Of a stretch of 64,000 nt of DNA, positions 14,528 to 27,394 are shown one piece after another. The DNA lies in contig NW_026781870.1 of NCBI RefSeq assembly GCF_031769215.1, positions 372,001 through 436,000 of the forward strand. The letters are read 5' to 3'. Each line of letters begins with the position of its first letter. The stretch's first letter is position 1. This DNA comes from Ylistrum balloti (taxonomy: Eukaryota). The translations under genes were made by a program, and so were the position numbers. The notes below the pieces were generated by a model that was given only the letters and a program-made list of their open reading frames with translations, was not told where the DNA came from and did no database searches.

Positions 14528-17500
14528 CAGAAGTGGAAATAGCCAACACAATTACAGAAGTGGTAACAACCTACAGAATTTACAGAATTGGAAATAGCCC
14601 ACACAAATTACAGAAGTGGAAATAGACCACACAAATTACAGAAGTGGAAAGAGCCCACACAAATTACAGAAGTGGAAATAGCCCACACAAATTGCATAAG
14701 TTGAAACAACCCACACAAATTACAGAAGTGGAAAGGGCCCCGCAAATTACAGAGTGGAAATAGCCCACACAAATTACAGATGTGGAATTAGCCCACACAA
14801 ATTACAGAAGTGGAAATAACCCACACAAATTACAGATTTGGAATTAGCCCACACAAATTACAGAAGTGGAAATAGTCCACACAAATTACAGATGTGGAAT
14901 TAGCCCACACAAATTACAGAAGTGGAAATAGCCCACACAAATTACAGGAGTGAAAATAGCCCACACAAATTACAGAAGTGGAAATAGCCCACACAAATTA
15001 CAGAAGTGGAAATAGCCCTCACAAATAACAGTGGAAATAGCCCACACAAATTACAGAAGTGGAAATTGCCCACACAAATTACAGAATTGGAAATATACCA
15101 CACAAATTACAGAAGTGGAAATGGCCCCGCAAATTACAGAAGTGGAAATAGCCCACACAAATTACAGAAGTGGAAATTGCCCACACAAATTACAGAATTG
15201 GAAATATACCACTCAAATTACAGAAGTGGAAATGGCCCCGCAAATTACAGAAGTGGAAATAGCCCACACAAATTACAGAAGTGGAAATAGCCCACATAAA
15301 TTACAGAAGTGAAAATAGCCCACACAAATTACAGAAGAGGGAATAGCCCACACAAATTACAGAAGTGGAAATAGCCCTCACAAATAACAGTGGAAATAGC
15401 CCACACAAATTACAGAAGTGGAAATTGCCCACACAAATTACAGAATTGGAAATATACCACACAAATTACAGAAGTGGAAATGGCCCCGCAAATTACAGAA
15501 GTGGAAATAGCCCACACAAATTACAGAAGTGGAAATGGCCCCGCAAATTACAGAAGTGGAAATAGCCCACACAAATTACAGAACTGTAAATAGCCCACAC
15601 AAATTAGAGAAGTGGAAATAGCCCACACAAATTACAGAAGTGGAGATAGCCCGCACAAATTGCATAAGTGGTAACAGTCCACACAAATTAGAAAAGTGGA
15701 AATAGCCCACACAAATTTCAGAAGTGGAAATAGCCCACACAAATTATAGAAGTGGAAATAGCCCACACAAATTACAGAAGTGGAAATAGCCCACACAAAT
15801 TACAGAAGTGGAAATAGCCCACACAAATTACAGAAGTGGAAATAGCCCACACAAATTACAGAAGTGGAAATAGCCCACACAAATTACAGAAGTGGAAATA
15901 GCCCACACAAATTACAGAAGTGGAAATAGCCCACACAAATTACAGAAGTGGAAATAGCCCACACAAATTACAGAAGTGGAAATAGCCCACACGAACTACA
16001 GAAGTGGAAATAGCCCACACAAATTACAGAAGTGGAAATAGCCCACACAAATTACAGAAGTGGAAATAGCCCACACAAATTACAGAAGTGGAAATAGCCC
16101 ACACAAATTACAGAAGTGGAAAGGGCCCCGCAAATTACAGAGTGGAAATAGCCCACACAAATTACAGAAGTGGAAATAGCCCACACAAATTACAGAAGTA
16201 GAAATACCCCACACAAATTACAGAAGTAGAAATACCCCACACAAATTACAGAATTGGATAAAGCCCCGCAAATTACAGAAGTGGAAATAGCCCACACAAA
16301 TTACAGAGTGGAAATAGCCTTCACAAATAACAGTGGAAATAACCCACACAAATTACAGAAGTGGAAATAGCCCACACAAATTATAGAAGTGGAAATAGCC
16401 CACACAAATTACAGAAGTGGAAATAGCCCACACAAATTACAGAAGTGGAAATAGCCCTCACAAATTACAGAAGTGGAAACAGCCTACACAAATTACAGAA
16501 GTGAAAATAGCCCACACAAATTACATAAGTGGAAATAGCCCACACAAATTACAGAATTGGATAAAGCCCCGCAAATTACAGAAGTGGAAATAGCCCACAC
16601 AAATTACAGAGTGGAAATAGCCCTCACAAATAACAGTGGAAATAACCCACACAAATTACAGAAGTGGAAATAGCCCACACAAATTACAGAAGTGGAAATA
16701 GCCCACATAAATTACAGAAGTGGAAATAGCCCACACAAATTACAGAAGTGGAAATAGCCCACACAAATTACAGAATTGGATAAAGCCCCGCAAATTACAG
16801 AAGTGGAAATAGCCCACACAAATTACAGAGTGAAAATAGCCCTCACAAATAACAGTGGAAATAGCCCACACAAATTACAGAAGTAAAATATAGCAAACAC
16901 AAATTACAGAAGTGGAAATAGCCCACGCAAATAACAGAATTGGATTAAGCCCCGCAAATTACAGAAGTGGAAATTGCCCACACAAATTACAGAATTGGAA
17001 ATATACCACACAAATTACAGAAGTGGAAATGGCCCCGCAAATTACAGAAGTGGAAATAGCCCACACAAATTACAGAAGTGGAAATGGCCCCGCAAATTAC
17101 AGAAGTGGAAATAGCCCACACAAATTACAGAACTATAAATAGCCCACACAAATTAGAGAAGTGGAAATAGCCCACACAAATTACAGAAGTGGAAATAGCC
17201 CACACAAATTACAGAAGTGGTAACAGTCCACACAAATTAGAAAAGTGGAAATAGCCCTCACAAATTTCAGAAGTGGAAATAGCCCACACAAATTACAGAA
17301 GTGGAAATAGCCCACACAAATTACAGAAGTGGAAATAGCCCACACAAATTACAGAAGTGGAAATAGCCCACACAAATTACAGAGTGGAAATAGCCCACAC
17401 AAATTACAGAAGTGGAAATAGCCCACACAAACTACAGAAGTGGAAATAGCCCACACAAATTACAGAAGTGGTAACAATCCACACAAATTACAGATGTGGA

Positions 17501-19290
17501 AATAGCCCTCACAAATAACAGAAGTGGAAATAGCCCACACAAATTACAGAAGTGGAAATAGCCCACACAAATTACATAAATGGAAATAGCCCACACAAAT
17601 TACATAAATGGAAATAGCCCACACAAATTACAGAAGTGGAAATAGCCCACACAAATTACAGAAGTGGAAATAGCCCACACAAATTACAGAAGTTGAAATA
17701 GCCCACACAAATTACAGAAGTAGAAATACCCCACACAAATTACAGAAGTAGAAATACCCCACACAAATTACAGAATTGGATAAAGCCCCGCAAATTACAG
17801 AAGTGGAAATAGCCCACACAAATTACAGAGTGGAAATAGCCCTCACAAATAACAGTGGAAATAACCCACACAAATTACAGAAGTGGAAATAGCCCACACA
17901 AATTATAGAAGTGGAAATAGCCCACACAAATTACAGAAGTGGAAATAGCCCACACAAATTACAGCAGTGGAAATAGCCCTCACAAATTACAGAAGTGGAA
18001 ACAGCCTACACAAATTACAGAAGTGGAAATAGCCAACACAAATTACAGAAGTGGAAATAGCCCACACAAATTACAGAATTGGATAAAGCCCCGCAAATTA
18101 CAGAAGTGGAAATAGCCCACACAAATTACAGAGTGGAAATAGCCCTCACAAATAACAGTGGAAATAACCCACACAAATTACAGAAGTGGAAATAGCCCAC
18201 ACAAATTACAGAAGTGGAAATAGCCCACATAAATTACAGAAGTGGAAATAGCCCACACAAATTACAGAAGTGGAAATAGCCCACACAAATTACAGAATTG
18301 GATAAAGCCCCGCAAATTACAGAAGTGGAAATAGCCCACACAAATTACAGAGTGGAAATAGCCCTCACAAATAACAGTGGAAATAGCCCACACAAATTAC
18401 AGAAGTGGAAATAGCCCACACAAATTACAGAAGTGGAAATAGCCCACGCAAATAACAGAATTGGATTAAGCCCCGCAAATTACAGAAGTGGAAATAGCCC
18501 ACACAAATTACAGAAGTGGAAATAGCCCACACAAATAACATAAATGGAAATAGCCCTCACAAATAACAGAAGTGGAAATAGCCCACACAAATAACATAAA
18601 TGGAAATAGCCCTCACAAATAACATATGTGGAAATAGCCCACACAAATTACATAAATGGAAATAGCCCACACAAATTACAGAAGTGGAAATAGCCCTCAC
18701 AAATAACAGTGGAAATAGCTCACACAAATTACAGAAGTAAAATATACCAAACACAAATTACAGAAGTGGAAATAGCCCACACAAATGAAAGAAGCAGAAA
18801 TAGCCCACACAAATTAAAGAAGTGGAAATAGCCCACACAAATTACAGAAGTGGAAATAGCCCTCACAAATTACAGAGTGGAAATAGCCCACACAAATTAC
18901 AGAATTGGAAATATACCACACAAATTACAGAAGTGGAAATAGCCCTCACAAATTACAGAAGTGGAAATAGCCCACACAAATTACAGAGTGGAAATAGCCC
19001 ACACAAATTACAGAAGTGGAAATAGCCCACACAAATTACAGAATTGGAAATATACCACACAAATTACAGAAGTGGAAATAGCCCTCACAAATTACAGAAG
19101 TGGAAATAGCCCACACAAATTATAGAAGTGGAAATTGCCCACACAAATTACAGAAGTGGTAACAGTCCACACAAATTAGAAAAGTGGAAATAGCCCACAC
19201 AAATTACAGAAGTGGAAATAGCCCACACAAATTACAGAAGTAGAAATACCCCACATAACTTAAAGAAGAGGTAACTGCCCCCTCAAATTG
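14528..19290. repeat. 28-bp satellite array, ~4.75 kb, roughly 170 copies
   Basis: Consensus GAAGTGGAAATAGCCCACACAAATTACA repeated head to tail with recurrent variants (GAATTGGATAAAGCCCCGC, GTAGAAATACCCC, CCCTCACAAATAACA). Both edges are more degenerate. Confidence 0.99.
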
Positions 19291-21407
19291 TAGAAGCGAC
19301 AATAAAAAAAACATTTTTTATTGATCTGAAAGAAGTTGAAGGAATCCTTACAAATCAGGCAGAAACGGTGGACGGGCGATACAGTAAGAGAAGACTCCGT
19401 GACGTGAGCGGTTATCTATTTGACAGGTGGGTCGAAAGAAACACATGCTTTACTGGGTTACTGATTTTTAAACGTCATTGTAACGGTGTCCATTACATTT
19501 AGTTCGATTGTTTTTGTCTCAAATTATTTTTGGCTGTCCTTACGTAACTTATCTATCTCATACGAAGTTTCTATAGAATTTGAGCATGCAAAGACAAGAG
19601 CAGATAACTCCTACCCGGAAAAAAACTTTGATATTATTCTTTATCATTCCTTACGATATTGAAGAATTTCCTTGTTTTCTTTGATTTATTTACATATCAG
19701 AATTTGTGCTAAATTAACAAATGTCCGCAACGTAAGATAACTTTGGAAGAGTGAATATATAAAGAATTTACAATAAGGACGAAAAACATAAACAAAGTAT
19801 CCGGAATCTCTTACATCTGATTTCTTTTCATGAAGGTATTTATTAATTACTAATGAAACTAATGTGTAAAATTAAACAGAAAACCATACCATATTAGTTG
19901 TTGATTTTTTTTTCATGAATAAGGTTGCGTCTGCGATAAAAAATATCGATAATCATAGGATTTCAATCCAATCAAAACTGTGGATTTATCTCTGTGTGAT
20001 ACTATCGAAATTAACCAATCGGCATCGGGCTTACGGAAAATCAATTATCAAAATCGAATTTAGCCGGTTTTGTTACAGGAATTTAGAACATGAAGGTCTT
20101 TATTAGTGAAGATAATTCCAAGATTTTGAAAGTTATAAATCAAAGGTTAAGTACTCAAAATACAGTGTATCATTAACCGCTTTCCTTTATTCTTCAAAAA
20201 GGAAAAAAAAAGAAAATAATTTTGTTTTTAATTCAGAACCATATGTACGCACTACAGACTTAGGTCCACTGGCTTAAAATAAACACGCAAAAAACGGGTA
20301 TATCAACATACTAATTAATTAACTATATAAATAATTTTGTGTTATCATCAGTGTGAACGTATGGAAATATTGCGTAATAATCTTCCATTAATTCCGCAAC
20401 AAACATGGAAAACATCTGTAACATCTGGTTGGCCCTAAGGAGGTGTCGGAGACAGAAAAAAATATTGATAACATCAACTATCAGTATGTCCTTGTACATA
20501 GTTTGTTTATATGAGATCAATAGCTACATCCATACAATTATACAGATATTTTTTAATCTAAAAATAAAAACAATGATAATAAACGACTTTGTACAGTAAA
20601 AAAGTACAGATACCTCTTTTTTCGACTCATCCGCCAGCCCAGGAAGTTTGTATAATCCAGATTTAGTGAACATGGTCATATGTTTATAAAAATCAGAGAG
20701 AACAAATCACAACTATTTTCCAAACAACAGAGCCAATCATGTGGTCTGACGAGAGGTGAACAGGGCACAACTACCCAACGTGTCAAGTCATCATGAATGA
20801 ATTGACTAGGAGAACGTCATACAACAATGCACTCCTTTCATGAACTCTAGTGCTCCTTTCAGCAACGCCGGCCGACTCACGCTTTAGTTATTCCGTAGAA
20901 ATGCATACAAACTCACGTATGTTCTATATAAGTAATCCACTTCACAAACATGACTGGTGATATTTAATAACAATACAAAGTTTTCCACTTGTCACAAGTT
21001 TCCTTATATGGTCATTAAAATTTTATTAGCCACTCAAAAGCTCTCCGTTTCGATCGCTGTCCACGGCGATGATGGCCTGAGAATTTAATTTAGTCCTAAT
21101 GCCACTTGTTCCTCGTTTTGATCAAGCGTAAAGTTGATGTCCTCTTTTGCTGTACCGGTAAACACCACCGCTCGTTTCCAATGGCTGCATCGGCTGAAGA
21201 ACAGTCGTTCTTAGTACGGCTTGATTGGATGTAGTGGAGATGGGTACAAGCAAAGCTATTGGAAAAGATCGATAGCAAAAGCAGTCTCAATAGATTTCTC
21301 TTTTTAATACGGCGACGTTCTCTCCTGATAAAGCCCTAACCACGGTAATGAATAGTCGACTGTTATCGGTCTCAAATCATACAGACAACTATTACGTCAA
21401 ATTGCCC

Positions 21408-21503
21408 CGAGGTGCTTACCTGGGCTAAAGGTAAGACCAGGTGTGAATACGTAACCTGAATATGTCCCGCAGGTAGTACCTATACTTGACCATCTCGTAG
21501 GTA
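21408..21503. promoter_or_regulatory. Dense cluster of AGGT(A/G) / CAGGT(A/G) motifs (ZEB/Snail-type E2-box-like)
   Basis: About eight AGGT cores on both strands in ~95 bp, including CAGGTG (21438), CAGGTA (21470) and TACCTG (21417). Function is inferred. Confidence 0.35.
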
Positions 21504-24016
21504 ACAAGGCGAAATGTTAGCGGTCAGAAGTCGGGAATGTTCACGTCAGTGGCTCACAAAGGTAGAACAAACACAACCATTTGCGAATAAGGCTTTCACA
21601 AACAGGGGTGGAGAAATCTAGTGTAAAATAGTATTTGAACAGAAAGCAATTCGTTTGAAGAGAGGTGGTCCTTTTCGGTTCGAACAACGCAATTTACAAA
21701 CTACAAAATGGGTTCTTTCCCGATCACTACCCTTCCTTTAATTAACTGAGTTATGTCCCCTTCTGACGATGAAATGAAAAATATATGTATATAAAAAAAA
21801 ACAGTTCGAGCGCCTTGTCTTTTTTTTGTTTTTTTGTTTGTTTGTTTGGTTTTTTTTTTTTTTTTTTTGCATTTTTACACAAATATGTAATATACTAAAC
21901 TGACACAGAAAATTAGAAGGTAAGGGTTTTCATCCTTTAAAACTGCCTGTATAGTGTCATCGGGAAAATTGCTATATGTAGCCGGAAGAAAGTTTCCGGG
22001 GAAAAAAGACGGTATAACTCGCTGTAACCTTTTGATATTGCACTGAGAAAGGTTTTATTGGAAAAGTTGATGGACACGTGTCCTATGCCTTGGAACCGAT
22101 ATAAGCTTGAGTGACCAGTTGACTTGATCACAAGGATGTATAATACTAGATCCGGATAGAAAAATAATTGTGAAAGTGCGAGGAAGAATGTTAAGTGTAA
22201 AAATAATTGGATTGAGATACACGATTGTAATATCCGTGGTGAAACAGATTTCACGTGACTAATCATACAGCCATATGGCAGCAATGCATGATGGGAAACT
22301 TATATGGAGACGATGAGAACGGAGACAGGAATTACCGGAAATATACATTGACGATGAATAGACTATGTTGTCTCCAAAGTTAAAAGATGCTCTCGACTAC
22401 ATAATGTGTTACATAACGATGAAAATAAGGGATGCGCGCCGCTTTGGAACAAATAAGTACTTTTAAAGTGATCTATATGTTCGTGACCTTCAAAATCCTA
22501 CATCGGTTGTGCTGTACTTCAATACAGAACATTTGAAATATATCGACATTGTTTGGTGACAAAATTACGACTTTATTTCGGTCACTTTAGGCTTCTCTTC
22601 TTCTTGTTTCAACCAAGACCCTGTCTACATAATTATGTAAGTCACCAGATTCAAAGTTCCATTGCATCTTGTAACCTTGACCTTCGATACTAAAAACATC
22701 ACGATACCTCTATAAATATGAAAATCAAGAACCACTTTTTGAAAATAAGATATCTCTCGGGCACGAAAACTCTCCATTATGTTTTGCTTAAATATATCAA
22801 GATATATCTGGAAAATTTAGAAACTATATGAATTTCTGATACTTTTAAACAGGCTGTTTGTTTCCAATTATTTAACTTAATTGCCGCCTGTGTAACACAC
22901 GAAGTTATATAACTACTTATTGTTTTTCAAGTAAGATAAAAATAAAGTAAGCTCGGTGACATTTATATTGTGTAATGTGTATATTTTACGCGGGACTAAA
23001 TAACGCTGTACTCAAGGAGACTGAACAAACACATTTCACGAAGTCTTGCTGCATTCCGAGGTATGCGAACTATTTTATAAATTTAAAACTAGAAAGGACA
23101 TGCTTAGCATCAGAAGGGAAGATGAAACAAAACACATTGAATATTATGCAACAATCCCAAAATAAGAGACAACTAAATGATGTTTTATGCAGTATATCTA
23201 TCACGTGATTTATGCTTACAAGATCAAATTAAGGCTACGTACTAAGTTTATGGTAGGGTTCTAGTATTTCAGGAACCTGCTCGTAATTAACAAAGTGTTG
23301 ATACACAGATAAGATATTACATACTGGTATATATAAACATACTGTACATGTAATGGATGTTATCAACATATGGAGTCATATTTCAGAAAGCCCGAGGAAT
23401 TAGCGGGGAAATAATGGCTGTAATGAACACACAATGTAGCTGTAATCAGCCGAGTGAAACACCGTCTTTTCCACGTTAAATGAATTTACATGCTGCACAC
23501 ACTTAGACAGGAAACGCTGGACAACTATCACTGAAAATTAATAGCACAAAACAAACTAGATAACGATGAGTTATTATGGAAGTATAACAGGATTTAAACA
23601 AGATTGTGTTCTAGTTAGAATTTATGACAGTGGACTAAAAGTCATTAACTCTAACAGGTTTTAATGGCGGATTATACATTTTTTTCTTTTATGTATATTT
23701 TTCAGATTAACTGCGGAAAAATCTATTTTTCAGCTCGAACGATGATGTAAAGTTTTTTGCGAGGTTAAAAGTTCATACAAAATCCTGTGTCACCTTTTTA
23801 TATGCCATTATTCGTGACCGCATTATTCATTACAATTTTCATAAAAATATGTTCAGATGACGTAATTTTAACGTAATTGAAATACCGATAATACAATCCT
23901 TATATACATGTACTTGATTACGTAATTATCTCGTATTAAATTAATTCCGGAGAAAATCATTATTGATTACACGTTTTTAAATGTTATGTATTAACACTAT
24001 TTGGTTGGTTAGTTAC

Positions 24017-24493
24017 AGGTTTCTCGTCGACTCCATCAACAACCGCTTGGTGGATTCTCACCAACAGATACCGACGTTCCTTCTGCGTTGAACCATACGC
24101 AAAATCATAATAAATGTATTTAAATCATACCAAGGGAGATAAATATGACAAAAACAATAATAATATCAATAAGTGTATGGTACCATAACTATGTACCCGG
24201 AATATAAGTATTTTATATACTATGTATACATACGTGCGTGCCATTGCCCATGATTTCCATTTCTGAATGATGTCTGATATTTCGTGACGTATCTTGAAAT
24301 CTGCCTCGATGTGGTTCGCGGTAATAAGGCGGGTCGTCCAACGGTTGCTTAGAGGCAGTGCTTTCACCCTGTCAAGTAAATATATAAATATTTGAAATCT
24401 ATAAATGGCATTTCGAATATTTCCATTTACAAATATTTTACATAAGAAGTCCTTTTCGTTTGAAATAACTAAATCCGTTATTAGTTCAGCCAT
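24017..24493 (-). CDS. Candidate 5' exons of an unidentified gene (24493-24431, 24368-24234, 24082-24017)
   Basis: On the minus strand CCGGAAGT (ETS) is followed ~20 bp later by AAGATGGC (YY1/ATG). Three GT-AG-bounded phase-0 segments of 63, 135 and 66 nt are all open: MAELITDLVISNEKDFLCKIF|GESTASKQPLDDPPYYREPHRGRFQDTSRNIRHHSEMEIMGNGTH|KERRYLLVRIHQAVVDGVDEKP. Against it: intron 1 is only 62 nt, the second acceptor is weak, and I recognise no homologue. Confidence 0.28.
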
Positions 24494-25469
24494 CTTGTTT
24501 TGTAACAATGTCTACTTCCGGCATGAATCAACGTGTTGATAAGGTCAAACGCATGGTGGATGAAGATTTCAGCCCAATAGTGCATAAAATATAAGCATAC
24601 TAAAACCTGCGTTGTTTGTTTTGTATTTTTTTAGTTTCCATTTTACAGGACACCAACGTTATGCTTCATTTTACAAATATTTTCAGTATTCTTCATAACC
24701 AACACTACATTTGGTAACCTTTGTATAAACCCTTCTAAAACATGACGCCAGAGTTCATAATTGGAGATATCCCAGCAGCTCCATAAAGAAAACAAGAGTC
24801 GACCCTATTTAAATAAAAACACACCATTGTACGAAATCAAGAATATTTTGTTATAAAATTATAAGTCCCTGACGTCAGTTTAGAACTCCGCTGTTCTAAA
24901 AAAAAACCTGCTGTTCTCAAGAATTCCGCTATTCTAAAGAAACATGTTTTGCTAACGCTACAAATATTTGCAATGAAAAAATACTAAAGAAAAACGAAAG
25001 GCCTTAGCATTAGCTACATCCAATAAGACCAGTCTCAGTGATGTGGGCGTGGCGGACTTATTCCAGATAACATACTAATTAGTACGATTAGGTGGTCTAC
25101 GTTTGGTATTTTATCAAGTCCAAGTCTTGTTTAAGATATCCTTTACAATGTCAAGTCAGTATTGGGTTGTTTTGTCACGTGACCATCTTGAAAACCCAGT
25201 TTATATCGATAAAAGAAACCACTTGACTGTGTTTTCTTGAATTGAAAGACCTGATTTCGAGACCAATTACTTGTAACGTTACATGTATAGACCATCCGCT
25301 GACAGCAGGTCATACATGTCTTATAAACATCGGATTTCTAGCCTGTTTAATTGCTTTAGATGTGTCAGTTAACTTATATTTTGCCATGAAATGAAGAAAA
25401 AAGCAGTTATCAACAATTTACTGGATTACTTTATTACCTGAAAAAATAATGGACGTCATTAAACACTAA

Positions 25470-25626
25470 ATATCTCGAAGTCGGCTGGACCGTGGAAAAA
25501 CCCCGAGTTATCCGAGTATTCAATTTAAGTTATTTCGAATGTGGAAGTAGGTGGGACCAACGGAATACTTCGAATTAAAGGGGTCTTCGAGTTATATGCG
25601 TTCGAGATATCGAGGTTTGACGTGTA
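25470..25626. mobile_element. Partial MITE, probably Tc1/mariner-derived (CAGTCGAACCTCGATATCTCGAA-type TIR)
   Basis: Right end TTCGAGATATCGAGGTTTGACGTGTA (25601-25626). The left end retains only ATATCTCGAA (25470-25479), the reverse complement of TTCGAGATAT. Family assignment is from memory of this TIR class. Confidence 0.6.
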
Positions 25627-27394
25627 TGTGATGGGGCCGGTATAAATACCTATATAAATATTTAGACACAAGGTTTCGTATATAAATATAACCGATCGCA
25701 TTCATACCATCATGAATGCAAAAGGTATCCAATTCGTTTACTGCTTTATGTTTTAAAGTCACAGTTATTAGTAAATCAAACTGTCAGGCATTCTTCATAA
25801 TTACAACAGAAACGGCATCACTTCGTCAAAGTGGTTGCTTTTCACATCACAAATACGACAGAAGAAGCGTTAAAATTGACACAGCACCATTGGTGTTCAT
25901 AACAGTGCGAACACATTTTCTTCTGACAATACTACGACGGAACCTGCAACGGAATTGAAAGTATGTTACATTGAATTATATTCAGTTGAAATGTAAATCC
26001 TTATTTTTTATTTCGACAGATGCGCTATATTTCAATTACCGTACAAACCGCCAATCGTGATAAAACCGCCAAATTACACGCTGTAAGTTTTCCATTCAAA
26101 CGTTTTTTTGAGTAATATGTTCATTTGATGCGATAGCCTTGGGGAATACATCGTGTTTCCACATGTATACGGCCGTCAGAACAATCAGCGTGGTTTGCAG
26201 ACCATATCCGACAATTAATAATCTGACATGACAAGTAAATTCGATAAAATAACGTGGTTACGTTTCATTTAGAATTCTGTAAAATCTCGGTAACAGTAAT
26301 TCACGATTACAGACTGACAGTTCTAGGAAGAGGGTGGCATTCATACAATTAATGACAGCCCTACACAGGACAAACTGATCAATGTATTCTACTTCGAAAT
26401 AAAACGTTAAATAAGTTATTTAATGAATTAAACAAAATAACAGACAATAACGTGGCTTAGTGTAATTGAATTTTAAATAATCATTGCTAAGTTAAAAGGA
26501 TCATGGAAATAAATCGAACGCAGCATATTTTTTTCTTTCGCTGAAATACATGGAATACTACATGACTGGATTCTTTCATTTACCGGGATCCAGATAAACT
26601 ACAAAGTTAAACTGGAAATGTCCGTTAATGAAAAAGGAACCAATTGTTTCTCGATGTCAAATTATGTAAAAAAAAATATATATATATATCAATGTTTTTA
26701 AGGGTTCGTACGGTGAATTGTCCTCAGTCATACCATTGCTGCTTCGTTTATTTCCGAGATATGCCGATAAACGCCGACACAAACCGTCATATACCGTTCC
26801 CAACCGAATGAAAAATGTTGTCAGAATCGTTAAGAATGCTTTCGTCAATGCTATAGCTGGGACTTGTTTTGCAAAATTTACAAAATGGACAATTTTGGCA
26901 ATATTAGACGGCTATAACTGAAAACATAACTTCACTTCAAGTGAGTCTAGTCGTAAATACAATTGCAAAATATCTCAGAGCTACATCGTAATCAATGTAA
27001 TATCAGCCATTTAATCAATCCTGTTATCCCGAACACACGTTTCAAATGTGATGTTACAACTTCACGGGGCAGTATCGTATTCCTTGATGGAACCAATATA
27101 ATATACAATGCCGTTTTCAAAAAATGTTAAATCTTGGTTGTGTGGTAAACAGAACCAAAACAATTTCAATTTCAATACACGTGGTTTATCTTTAGGAAAC
27201 ACGCCACCATAAATACTAGCAGAAAGAAACAAATCTGGCCAATTATTTCAGTCCATCCAGAAATTAAAACTCACATAAGATCCTCTACAATTTGTTAAAC
27301 TGTCTTGTGCAATAAAATACTTGGGATACTTGGGTCTATGACATCTTACCCGAATACCATATAGCTTCCCCTTATTGATCAACACGTGATACTT

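Noticed and set aside
15006-19025. ORFs in the 28-bp satellite (ITEVEIAHTNYRSGNSPHKLQKWK)
   Set aside because: A 28-bp unit rotates through all three frames and hits a stop within three units; these ORFs exist only where variant monomers remove the stop.
21940-22380. Possible NHL-repeat/TRIM pseudogene fragment
   Set aside because: Only a vague resemblance, with many stops in every frame; cannot be supported without a search.
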